Source: Candidatus Multivoradales bacterium
GTDB lineage: Bacteria > Acidobacteriota > Thermoanaerobaculia > Multivoradales > J023
Reading direction: 5' to 3'
DNA: 64,000 nt
Assembly (NCBI GenBank): GCA_965248925.1
Contig: CBDFLE010000006.1
Coordinates: 2,496,001 to 2,560,000 of the forward strand
Of this stretch, positions 9,804 to 17,638 are shown piece after piece. The position numbers were made by a program, and so were the translations under genes. The notes under the pieces were generated by a model. It was not told the DNA's origin, did not search any database, and worked only from the letters and a program-made list of their open reading frames with translations. Every line of letters starts with the position of its first letter. Within the stretch, counting starts at the first letter, position 1.

Positions 9804-10561
9804 GGCACGCGACGCTCGATCAACTCGCCGCGCTCAAGCTCCACGGTATGGCCAAAGCCTTTGAGGAGCAGCTGTCGATGGTCGATGTCTCAGAGCTCTC
9901 CTTCGAAGAGCGCCTCGGGCTGCTGGTCGAGCGCGAAGCGACCGAGCGATCCAGCCGCCGCTTGATAGCGCGGTTGCGAAAAGCCAAGCTGCGCGAGCAG
10001 GCGGCCATCGAAGACATCGACTGGCGAGCCAAGAGGGGCCTGGACAAAGGCCAGATCCTGCGCCTGGCCTCGTGCCAGTGGATCGCCGAGCATCTCAACG
10101 TGCTGATCACCGGCAAGGCCGGGGTGGGCAAGACCTTTCTCGCCTGCGCCTTCGCGCACAAGGCATGTCGGGAGGGTTACACCGCTTTGTACCTGCGGGT
10201 GCCGAGGCTGTTTCGCCAGCTCGCCATCGCGCGGGGTGATGGTAGCTACGAGAAGCTGCTCAAGAGCTATGCTCGCACAGACCTGCTCATCCTCGACGAC
10301 TGGGGGCTGGCGCCGATCGGGGCCAGCGAGCGGCGCGACCTGCTCGAGATTCTTGAGGACCGCTACGGCAACCGCTCCACGCTGGTGACCTCCCAGCTAC
10401 CGGTTGAGAGCTGGTACGAGGTCATCGGCGATCCGACCTTGGCCGACGCCATCCTCGATCGCATTGTCCACGGCGCCTACAAGCTCGCGGTGGACGGTGA
10501 CTCCATGCGGGCGAAGAGAGCCGGCGGTATTCGCAAGGCCGCCCAGCGAGAGGCAAGGTGA
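9797..10561 (+). CDS. istB: IS21 helper ATPase IstB
   Basis: Walker A GKAGVGKT, 'LLILDDWG', 'ADAILDRIVH'. ATG overlaps the istA end. Confidence 0.96.
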   Translation: MLRHATLDQLAALKLHGMAKAFEEQLSMVDVSELSFEERLGLLVEREATERSSRRLIARLRKAKLREQAAIEDIDWRAKRGLDKGQILRLASCQWIAEHLNVLITGKAGVGKTFLACAFAHKACREGYTALYLRVPRLFRQLAIARGDGSYEKLLKSYARTDLLILDDWGLAPIGASERRDLLEILEDRYGNRSTLVTSQLPVESWYEVIGDPTLADAILDRIVHGAYKLAVDGDSMRAKRAGGIRKAAQREAR

Positions 10562-11094
10562 GATCCAAGAGCATGCTGAAGCGATCGCCGATCCGGACCC
10601 ATCAGCGGGCCTGCGGCCCGATCCGGACCCGACCCAAGATGGACTGTGGAAGCTGCCGCGGTTGTGGAAATCGCTCTGCGATTCCCACAACCGCTTGGAA
10701 AACGCCCCCCGGCCACCCACCCGCGTTTCCCACAGCTACGCACAGCCCCGACGACGGGTTATTTGAATACAATCAACCAAGAAGAAGAGCCGGAAGGAGG
10801 GCTCCAGCTACAGCGAAAGTGGACACTTACAACTGAGGAGAGCGCGAGCGTCGCTTCGCTCCGACAAGTGGTCGGTTTCGATCGGAATGGCTGGTCAGTT
10901 TCGTCGGAATAGGCAGTTGACGAACGGATTCAGCAAGAAATGGGCGAACCTCCGGGCAGCTGTGGCGCTGGAGATGGCGCACCACAACCTGTGCCGGATT
11001 CACGGTGCGATCCACTGCACCCCCGCGATGGCTGCCGGGATCTGCAAAGGCATCTGGTCGGTGGGCGATCTGGTGACGGCGTGAAGCCGCGAAG

Positions 11095-11463
11095 CTAAAC
11101 GGAGCTGCTCGGGAAAATGTACTTTGCTACCACCACGAATAGAGCAATGATGTTCACCGTTGTAGTGGCGAGCGCGGCTATTAGTACGGGGTCTGAAAGG
11201 TAGAACCCGAGGCAGTTGCCGAAGCCCTGAAAAAACAGCAGCACGACCATCGCAAGGAGCCAAAAACATAGGAGGCCATATAGCAGTGCTGCATATAGCT
11301 TCCGGTGGCCGATGTTCTGGGTGAGTTCGTCAACCAGCGCTTGTCGGTGATCGCGATCTAGATCGTCCTCCCACTCGCGGGTCTTCGCATCTGGCTGCGC
11401 CGCGGGCTCGGTTCGGTCTTCCTGCCCAATGTCCTTAATTGAGGGGCGACGATCCTCAGTCAT
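11095..11463 (-). CDS. Two-TM protein, putative toxin partner of the Panacea antitoxin
   Basis: Overlaps the antitoxin stop. Charged N-terminus plus two hydrophobic helices. Confidence 0.65.
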   Translation of the reverse strand: MTEDRRPSIKDIGQEDRTEPAAQPDAKTREWEDDLDRDHRQALVDELTQNIGHRKLYAALLYGLLCFWLLAMVVLLFFQGFGNCLGFYLSDPVLIAALATTTVNIIALFVVVAKYIFPSSSV

Positions 11464-11944
11464 GGCGTACTAGCTCGCGGAAGTGTCTCGCTATCAACTG
11501 ATTGTTGATCCGCTTGTTGTTGCGGCCCCGCCCTTCTTTCCAGGTCTGATCCCACGGAGTCCCGTCCTGGTGTGTCAGGTTGGAGAGCTGAACGCCTGTG
11601 TACTTGCTGTAAGCCTCCAAGACCTTGTCGAGCAACTCTTGGACTTGATTGTCGTCGTAGGCAACACTTGGGACAGAGATCTCGCCAAATCGACGAACGA
11701 TCGCCTCATTCTCGACAACAGGAGCATTGCCGTGCCTCTTGAACGCTTGGTAAAGACTCGGGATAACTGGCCCGTACTTCCACGCCTGGACGGGCTCGTC
11801 AATTAGGGCGATATCGAAGATTGCCAGGTGCCAGCCATGCGCTATGTAGACGAGCTTCTGGATCTTGAGATGATCCAAGACCTTCCCGGACATATTGGCC
11901 TTGTCGATGAAGTAGTTGGCTACAGCGAGTGCTGGATACTGCAT
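11456..11944 (-). CDS. Panacea/DUF4065 (GepA/SocA-like) antitoxin
   Basis: 'VANYFI', 'LKIQKLVYIAHGWHL', 'QAWKYGPVIPSLY', 'LSNLTH..GTPW'. Confidence 0.9.
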   Translation of the reverse strand: MQYPALAVANYFIDKANMSGKVLDHLKIQKLVYIAHGWHLAIFDIALIDEPVQAWKYGPVIPSLYQAFKRHGNAPVVENEAIVRRFGEISVPSVAYDDNQVQELLDKVLEAYSKYTGVQLSNLTHQDGTPWDQTWKEGRGRNNKRINNQLIARHFRELVRHD

Positions 11945-12082
11945 GCTTACGCCTCCTTTACGCCATCCTATAACGGCGATTCGCTGATGGCAATGGGGAA
12001 AGATCGCGCCATTACGTGAGGTACCCTAGCAGCCTTGTCAAGTGCGGGCCGTGGGATGAGCGGGCCGATCGGACAGCGAACC

Positions 12083-12140
12083 GGCGCGGCGGGCCGAGGT
12101 ACGGGGAGCCCGGCGTTCGGCGGCCAGACCTAGCCGCACC
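12083..12140 (-). repeat. Conserved GC-rich stem-loop, copy 2 (after element A radC stop)
   Basis: rc GGTGCGGCTAGGTCTGGCCGCCGAACGCCGGG...CTCGGCCCGCCGCGCC. Confidence 0.8.
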
Positions 12141-12148
12141 TGAGAATT

Positions 12149-12529
12149 CTACCAGCTACCGCGCCGGGACAGCGAAACCCAGCGTCCAGCCGATCCCGCG
12201 ATCACATGATCCACAAGCTCGATGCCGATCAGCTCGGCGGCTCGCGCCATTCGGCGGGTGAAGATCAAGTCTTCCTTGCTCGGCGACGGGTCGCCGCTGG
12301 GGTGGGTGTGGAACAGCAGCAGCGCCGTAGCCTGGTGGTGTAGCGCCTCAGCGAAGACCGGCCGCGGGTCGGCTGCTGCTCGGATCGCCGTCCCGCGGAA
12401 GATCTCGCGTTCAGCGATCAGCCAATGCCGGCAGTCGAGGAACAGCACGCCCACCACTTCCTGGCCGAGCCCACCGTAGTGCAGCAGCGCGTATTCGGCC
12501 ACAGTGCCCGGAACATCGAGCAGCCTACC
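12149..12529 (-). pseudogene. radC: 3' half of element A radC (JAB domain), interrupted by element B
   Basis: 'QEVVGVLFLD', 'HTHPSGDPSPSKED'. Begins exactly at the element B TSD. Confidence 0.9.
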
Positions 12530-12698
12530 GGTGGTGTCCTAACAGTGTGTTGGTCCGATAGGGGCGGGTGAAAGGCAGGCTGGCGGGTGGTACGTTCGCC
12601 GCGAAGCCGAGGCGGTGAACGTCTCCACCTTACCACCCAGCGGCTCTGACGGCGGCGGTAACCGACGCCAGAGCCTAGCCACGCAGAGGACATAGCCA

Positions 12699-12989
12699 AT
12701 GCGAGACCGCCGTAAGTGTACCGTCTACGACGTGCAGAGAGAGCTTGCTGCTCTCGTTCCAAACCTACAGACCGTTGACCTCCGACTAGCCCGGATCGCC
12801 CGCGCGGTTCAGCCATCGCCACATCTCCTACCCGTAGAGCTTCGCGGCCGGGTCGAAGCCGTGCGCTCCGATTTGATCGGCGACGCCATCGCGACGCTGG
12901 CCGAGCTTTCCCAGCTCACTGAAGACGACGCGGCGCGCCACCGGGTGCAGCTCCTCGACCTGGCTTTGAGGCTGGCCGATGCAAAGTAA
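12699..12989 (+). CDS. Small helical protein coupled to radC
   Basis: Near-identical paralog at 17904-18197. RBS AGAGGA, overlaps the radC start. Confidence 0.8.
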   Translation: MRDRRKCTVYDVQRELAALVPNLQTVDLRLARIARAVQPSPHLLPVELRGRVEAVRSDLIGDAIATLAELSQLTEDDAARHRVQLLDLALRLADAK

Positions 12990-13626
12990 CCTACGGCCGC
13001 GCGACCGGCTGCTACGCCACGGCGCAGCCGGCCTGACGGATGCTGAGCTGCTGGCGGTGCTATTGAGGTACCGTTCGGCAGAGAAGGCGGCAGAGCGTCT
13101 CCTGTCGGCTGCTGGTGGTCTGAGAGGGCTACTGCGCGCCGCGCGGCCAGTCTTGTGCCGCAACGGTGCCACTGAGGGCAGAGCAGCTGTGGTACTGGCC
13201 GCTGGCGAGCTTATGCGGCGGCTGGCAGAGCATCAGCTCGACCGCCGCAGGCTGCTCGATCAGCCGATAGCCCTGGCCGAGTATGTAGCAATGAAGTACA
13301 GCGAGCTTGGCCAAGAGGTTCTTGGCGCGATCTACCTCGATTGCCGTCACCGGCTGATTGCCGAGCGAGAGATCTTCCGCGGCACAGCTACCCGAGCAGC
13401 GGCTGAGCCTGGGCCGATCTTGCGAGAAGCGCTCCAGCACCACGCCGCGAAGCTGATCATTTTTCACACCCACCCCAGCGGCGACCCATCGCCGAGCAAC
13501 GAGGATCTGCTCTTCACCGAGAGGATGGCGAAGGCCAGCGAATTGATTGGCGTCAAGCTGGTGGACCACTTGATTGTTGGAGCGCTCGGCCGCTGGGTGT
13601 CCCTGTCCCGGCGTGGTAGCTGGTAG
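12979..13626 (+). CDS. radC: RadC/JAB (UPF0758) family protein
   Basis: 'RPRDRLLRHGAAGLTDAELLAVLL', intact JAMM motif E..HTHPSGDPSPSNED, 'LVDHLIV'. Confidence 0.94.
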   Translation: MQSNLRPRDRLLRHGAAGLTDAELLAVLLRYRSAEKAAERLLSAAGGLRGLLRAARPVLCRNGATEGRAAVVLAAGELMRRLAEHQLDRRRLLDQPIALAEYVAMKYSELGQEVLGAIYLDCRHRLIAEREIFRGTATRAAAEPGPILREALQHHAAKLIIFHTHPSGDPSPSNEDLLFTERMAKASELIGVKLVDHLIVGALGRWVSLSRRGSW

Positions 13627-13634
13627 GATTCTCG

Positions 13635-13692
13635 GGCGCGGCTAGGTCTGGCCGCCGAACGCCGGGCACCCCGTTGCTCGGCCCGCCGCGCC
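13635..13692 (+). repeat. Conserved GC-rich stem-loop, copy 3 (after element B radC stop)
   Basis: GGCGCGGCTAGGTCTGGCCGCCGAACGCCGGG...CTCGGCCCGCCGCGCC. Confidence 0.8.
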
Positions 13693-13722
13693 ATCATCCC
13701 TCCTCTCAGATCGTCTAGATTC

Positions 13723-14802
13723 TCAATTCTTCGGTTTCGCTGTTGGCATCATCATCGTATCTCCATATCTTGGCAATGCGCGGTTGATCCGGTTTTCGAA
13801 ATCTTCCCAATCATTGTCTTCACACGTCTTCATGATGACGATCAAGTTCGTGAGCTGATCTCGCAACTCTTGAATTCCGAAATCTGGTGAAAGGCTCTGA
13901 AACAGCTTGCGCGACCTGCGCCCTTTTGGATTCTTAGGGGTCAACTTCTTTAGCGCCTTCAAAACGCCGGGTGCCAGACGCGAGTAAACAATGTTGTTGG
14001 TAACGTGGCCAATCCACTGAGGCCGCTTCCCGCCAATGCTTGGGTACGACAGGCCCTTGAGTCGAAACACCTGTTTATAGAATTCGTCTGGGAATCGCTT
14101 TGTCCACTTCGAGTACTCGTCCGTTAGGTACTTGTCGAGGATAGCCTGAAGAGCTAGCCGATCTCGAACGTCCTGGTATCCGGTCGCTTCATCAACGAGG
14201 GCGTCGATACCAGTCTTGGCGAGTGATCTGATTAGTGCCTCTGCCTTCTGCGCCTTGCCGAGTTGCTGTTCTTGAAGCTCTCCGGCTGCGCGAGCTTCAA
14301 GCCACACTTCGCACACGTCAACCAAGATGGAGGCTTCGTACCCCTTGACTATCTTCTTTCCATGAACGTATTCAATAGGATTCAGGGGCCCGGCCATTAA
14401 ATGGCTGGGAATAAAAGACTTAAGCCTAGCAGGAGCCAGAAACAACGGGACAAGGGCCCGGCCATCCGATGCCGCTTTGAGCCGCTTCGAAGCGCCGCTA
14501 CGACCACCCAGAATGGCTCTTGTAATCCCGTGTTCAGACAGCACACGGCGGACCGTATTTTCGTTTCCGCTCTCGCCTTCGATAACAGCGCATGGCAATA
14601 TTGTTCCACCGAGGTCAATCGATGCCGCGTAGTTCGAGAGAACGCGCGGCAAACTATCTGGAGGGTCCTCTTGGTCCCATCTTGCGCGTGCAGCATTCGA
14701 AGCCTGCGCAGATCTTTCTTCTGGTGACATCTTCTCCGCCCTCGCGTATCCACCGATAGCCCTTCCCGTTGGTCCTTCAGTTGGCATTTGCAAGCACTCC
14801 AT
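13723..14802 (-). CDS. P63C-domain protein (phage/MGE associated; start may be 14787)
   Basis: 'LAKTGIDALVDEATGYQ', 'W.KRFPDEFYKQ.FRL', 'GHVTNNIVYSRLAPGVL'. N-terminal 'GGYARAEKMSPEERS...AARARW'. Confidence 0.88.
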   Translation of the reverse strand: MECLQMPTEGPTGRAIGGYARAEKMSPEERSAQASNAARARWDQEDPPDSLPRVLSNYAASIDLGGTILPCAVIEGESGNENTVRRVLSEHGITRAILGGRSGASKRLKAASDGRALVPLFLAPARLKSFIPSHLMAGPLNPIEYVHGKKIVKGYEASILVDVCEVWLEARAAGELQEQQLGKAQKAEALIRSLAKTGIDALVDEATGYQDVRDRLALQAILDKYLTDEYSKWTKRFPDEFYKQVFRLKGLSYPSIGGKRPQWIGHVTNNIVYSRLAPGVLKALKKLTPKNPKGRRSRKLFQSLSPDFGIQELRDQLTNLIVIMKTCEDNDWEDFENRINRALPRYGDTMMMPTAKPKN

Positions 14803-14886
14803 TGGAAATTATACGTGCATCTTACGATAGTTTCCCAAAAATGCAAGCATTTCTACAAACTATCCCGCCTGATGCCTGCATTATTC

Positions 14887-15876
14887 TTATGCCGCCACCA
14901 GATCACCGACCGACCAGATCCCTTTGCAGAGGTTAGCCGCCATCGCTGGCGTGCAGCGGATCGCGCCGTGGATGCGGCAGAAGTTGTGGTGCGCCATCTC
15001 AAGCGCTACGGCTGCCCGCAGGTTCGCCCACTTCTTGGAGAACCCGTTGGTCAACCGCGTCAGACGGCGCATCCTCATGCGGAGGTTGAGATTCTGTCGC
15101 TCGATGTGCGACGTGCAGATCTGCTTGCGATCAGGCTTGCCGTGGATGGCCCGCTTCTCGGAGGCTATTATCGTCGCCGGTGAGTACCGGCGCTGGTCCT
15201 CTGAAGAGCCTTTGCCGTAGTGCTTGACTACCTGGCCATACTGAACGCGGGTGCCGAGCTGGTGAACGATGGGATCAGCATAGCTGTCGAGCCCGTCCGT
15301 GCTGAGCTGGAATTCGCCCTTCGTCGCGCGGTCGAGCTTGCCGATGAAGAACGAGGTATCGAGCGCCGTGCGGTGGCCCAGGTGATGAGCCAAGATCAGC
15401 TTGCTCTCGCGCTCGATCGCCACGTAGGTCCAGGCATCGCCGATCTCTGGATCGCTGAGACTCTTGAATCTCTTCGTCTTGGCCTTCATCCCGACGAATC
15501 CCCAGATTTCGTCAGCCTGCACGTCCTTGACCTCGACATCTCGCACGATCCGCGCGAGCAGGCTTTCGCACTTGCCACCGACTACGCGGAGCAGGCGGCA
15601 GATCGTGTCCCGATGGACGCCAGTCACGCGCTCAGCAGCGCGAATGCTCATGCCTTCGACCAGCAGCGAGACAACCGTGGTGGCCTTCTCCACCGGTAGC
15701 CGCATCGTGCCCAGCGGACGACGCGGGCGAACGGCGAAGGTCTTGCGGCAGCTCGCGCCTTTGCACTTGTAGCGCTGGTGCCCGTCGCGGTCTTTGCCCC
15801 AACGCACGAAGCCTGCCCCGCAATGGGGACAAGTCGTCGGCTCGATCGCCGGTTGGGGTTGGGGCCGCGTCGTCAT
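14887..15876 (-). CDS. IS1-family single-ORF DDE transposase
   Basis: Zn ribbon CPHC..C..C, HTH 'GMSIRAAERVTGV', 'QADEIW', 'STDG', 'IERQNL..R..RRLTR.TNGFSK', 'TPAMAA'. Confidence 0.92.
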   Translation of the reverse strand: MTTRPQPQPAIEPTTCPHCGAGFVRWGKDRDGHQRYKCKGASCRKTFAVRPRRPLGTMRLPVEKATTVVSLLVEGMSIRAAERVTGVHRDTICRLLRVVGGKCESLLARIVRDVEVKDVQADEIWGFVGMKAKTKRFKSLSDPEIGDAWTYVAIERESKLILAHHLGHRTALDTSFFIGKLDRATKGEFQLSTDGLDSYADPIVHQLGTRVQYGQVVKHYGKGSSEDQRRYSPATIIASEKRAIHGKPDRKQICTSHIERQNLNLRMRMRRLTRLTNGFSKKWANLRAAVALEMAHHNFCRIHGAIRCTPAMAANLCKGIWSVGDLVAA

Positions 15877-15950
15877 GTGATGAGTATATCCAATGGATAT
15901 CCATAGTGTCAAGGGTTGACTTGGATATTTTTTGGATATATTCTGGATAC
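15877..15950. promoter_or_regulatory. Back-to-back tnp/rhh promoters with TGGATA boxes
   Basis: Minus TTGACA-N18-TATACT, plus TTGACT-N17-TATTCT. TGGATA at 15922/15933/15944 and palindrome TGGATATCCA at 15894. Confidence 0.8.
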
Positions 15951-16136
15951 ATGGCTGACACCGAACAACCTGACCGGCAGCACTCGAAATCGAGGCTGCT
16001 TCGCTTCAAGCCGGAACACGACGCGCTGATATGCGAAGCTGCTGAAAACTCAGGGCTTAGCGTTACGAGCTGGATTCGTGAGCGGCTGATTCGCTTTGCA
16101 CGACAAGAGATAGAGGAGGCGGGCCGTCGCGCGTAA
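15951..16136 (+). CDS. Ribbon-helix-helix repressor, 61 aa
   Basis: 'SRLLRFKPEHDALICEAAENSGLSVTSWIRERL'. ATG lies just after the -10 box. Confidence 0.8.
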   Translation: MADTEQPDRQHSKSRLLRFKPEHDALICEAAENSGLSVTSWIRERLIRFARQEIEEAGRRA

Positions 16137-16217
16137 CGGCGGCCCGCCTGGGCTATATCTGGGACCGTGGTAGCAGTTGCCACAGGATGAGTAGAGACTG
16201 CCGGCGATCCCAGAACG

Positions 16218-16240
16218 TGCCCATTGACATGGGCATTTTT
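16218..16240 (+). terminator. Intrinsic terminator after rhh
   Basis: TGCCCAT-tgac-ATGGGCA-TTTTT. Confidence 0.7.
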
Positions 16241-16287
16241 CTAACTTTCGCGCTTGACTACGGAAGGCTTTCGCCGTAACGTCAAAC

Positions 16288-16416
16288 GCAGCAACCCCTT
16301 ACGGCTCGCTTTTGAGCAGCCCTCCGGGTGACTAGCTTGAGAGTCCTGCAAGACAAAGCTCAAGCCAGTATTGTTTGCTAGATCAGGGCCGGCCACGCGC
16401 CGGCCCTTTCGTTTTT
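16288..16416 (+). ncRNA. Candidate ~130-nt small RNA
   Basis: TTGACT-N17-TAACGT promoter (16254-16282), closing stem GCAGCAA/TTGTTTGC, two internal hairpins, terminator AGGGCCGGC/GCCGGCCCT plus T-rich tail. Confidence 0.6.
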
Positions 16417-16422
16417 GCTGTC

Positions 16423-16992
16423 TTAGTTGGAGCCTCCCAGATTGTGAAAGCGCGCTACTGCTACCGGCGATAACGGGCCATGGTCTTCCGCTTGTTTTTC
16501 GCCGCCTCCCCCCGTATCAACGGAGCCATAAACTTCGGCTACCGTCTCGGGTTCAAACATGTCTGGTCGGCCGTATACGAAAGGCGCCATACTCCCAGCA
16601 GGTGCCCGGCGCCTTTCCAGCTTCCTAGCCTTGGCCAGTTTCCTTGTCGAAACGCTCATGGTCTGACGTGACAGGCTAGTGCCATCATCTCTCAACAGGC
16701 GCATCAATTCAGCTTGAGTGACCGGCCTCTCAAGGCGCGGCAGATAGGCCTCAATGAGTTCTAGAGATGTCGCCCGTCTTGCTGGTCTCTCGGGGCGTGA
16801 TTGCCGCTCGATTACCGGTTTCTCAACGGCTCCCTGCTTCAAGGAAGCCGAGGTCTGCTCGGGCTGGGCTGTTGAGCTACTCCGGGAAAGGCCGAGGAGA
16901 GCATCGATGTGGGCCAGCATTGATGTGGCCTCGCGCTTCACAGACTCCCAGTGTCCCTTCAGCTCGCCTAGGCTCTTGTTCTTCAAGTCCAT
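16423..16992 (-). CDS. Coiled-coil plus winged-helix-like DNA-binding protein
   Basis: N-terminal amphipathic helix, basic linker, 'LIEAYL...PVTQAELMRLL..G...SRQTMSV..RKL.K..KL.R..' pattern. Confidence 0.6.
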   Translation of the reverse strand: MDLKNKSLGELKGHWESVKREATSMLAHIDALLGLSRSSSTAQPEQTSASLKQGAVEKPVIERQSRPERPARRATSLELIEAYLPRLERPVTQAELMRLLRDDGTSLSRQTMSVSTRKLAKARKLERRRAPAGSMAPFVYGRPDMFEPETVAEVYGSVDTGGGGEKQAEDHGPLSPVAVARFHNLGGSN

Positions 16993-17127
16993 TTGCTCGG
17001 CACCTTTTCTAGACAGGCGCCCAAAGAGGGCTGCCTGGTTGCGGCAGACGGGAACCTTGAGCCACCAATCATGCCTGTGTCCAGCCTGCTAGCCATCGGG
17101 CGCGGGCCGGCTCGTGCGATAAGTTGT

Positions 17128-17187
17128 ATTTTGACGCCATCGGGATAGGTTGTCAACCGCGCCGCGGAATGATTGACACGCTGTCAA
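17128..17187 (-). promoter_or_regulatory. Promoter for 16423-16992 plus upstream palindrome
   Basis: Minus TTGACA-N17-CAAAAT. TTGACA-cgc-TGTCAA at 17173-17187. Confidence 0.55.
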
Positions 17188-17438
17188 CCCAGTTACCAGA
17201 CGGCCGCCATCCGCCGAGTGCCATGCGCAGCGCGAGGGCTAAGAGCTATCAGATGCTAAGATGACTCGTCGCGGCCCGGAATGGCTGGTCAAGCCAAGGC
17301 ATCGTTAGGCGCGGCAAGACGCTGCGCAGGCACCAGGAGAGGCGGCTTCGGCCGCCTTTCGGCGATCAGGACTTCTTTTGCAAATCGGCCAGGAGGCGCT
17401 ATCCAGGCGCCACTGAAGCCAAAGGAGCGCTTGGGGGA

Positions 17439-17582
17439 ATGAGCTTTCTTAGTAGCTTTGGTAAGGAGTTCAGCTCTTCGATGGACGCCATAGGCGGGTT
17501 GGTCGGCAGCTGCTTACCGTGGGCCGCAATATTGTTAGCAGCGCTGCTGGTCTTCGGCTGGGTCATGAAGTTCTTGTTCTAG
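17439..17582 (+). CDS. 47-aa hydrophobic small protein (below ORF-track cutoff)
   Basis: MSFLSSFGKEFSSSMDAIGGLVGSCLPWAAILLAALLVFGWVMKFLF. Purine-rich sequence upstream. Confidence 0.55.
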   Translation: MSFLSSFGKEFSSSMDAIGGLVGSCLPWAAILLAALLVFGWVMKFLF

Positions 17583-17638
17583 ATAATCTAGGGCTCCACC
17601 CGGTCGAGAAGGCGCCAACACTGAGTTAGGACACTACC

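Larger units (their letters stand above)
8015..10915 (+). mobile_element. IS21-family insertion sequence (2901 bp)
   Basis: TG...CA ends TGCCTGCACCGACGGAAACCGACCA / rc TGCCTATTCCGACGAAACTGACCA, tandem internal end repeats, 6-bp TSD GTTGAC (8009-8014, 10916-10921), istA-istB. Confidence 0.96.
7858..11084 (+). pseudogene. Degenerate IS1-family transposase of element A (nonsense mutation, internal deletion, IS21 insertion)
   Basis: 'IEPPTCPHCGAGWVR*GKDRDGHQRYKC' is joined directly to 'LNLRMRMRRLTRLT' | IS21 | 'NGFSKKWANLRAAVALEMAHHN..'. About 220 codons (DDE core) are missing relative to 14887-15876. Confidence 0.9.
12530..17638. mobile_element. IS1-family cargo transposon B (5109 bp, apparently intact)
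   Basis: TIRs GGTGGTGTCCTAACAGTGTGTTGG / rc GGTAGTGTCCTAACTCAGTGTTGG (20/24). 8-bp TSD AGCCTACC at 12522-12529 and 17639-17646. Confidence 0.95.

Noticed and set aside
13653-13660. Element A TSD sequence CGCCGAAC also occurs within the conserved stem-loop (guide-RNA idea)
   Set aside because: Element B carries the same motif but inserted at AGCCTACC. A GC-rich 8-mer match is plausibly chance.
16993-17095. SAM-I riboswitch-like GGCAGCC...GGTGCC in a leader
   Set aside because: Lacks the AUC-AGAG P1 and kink-turn core, and the downstream gene is unrelated to sulfur metabolism.
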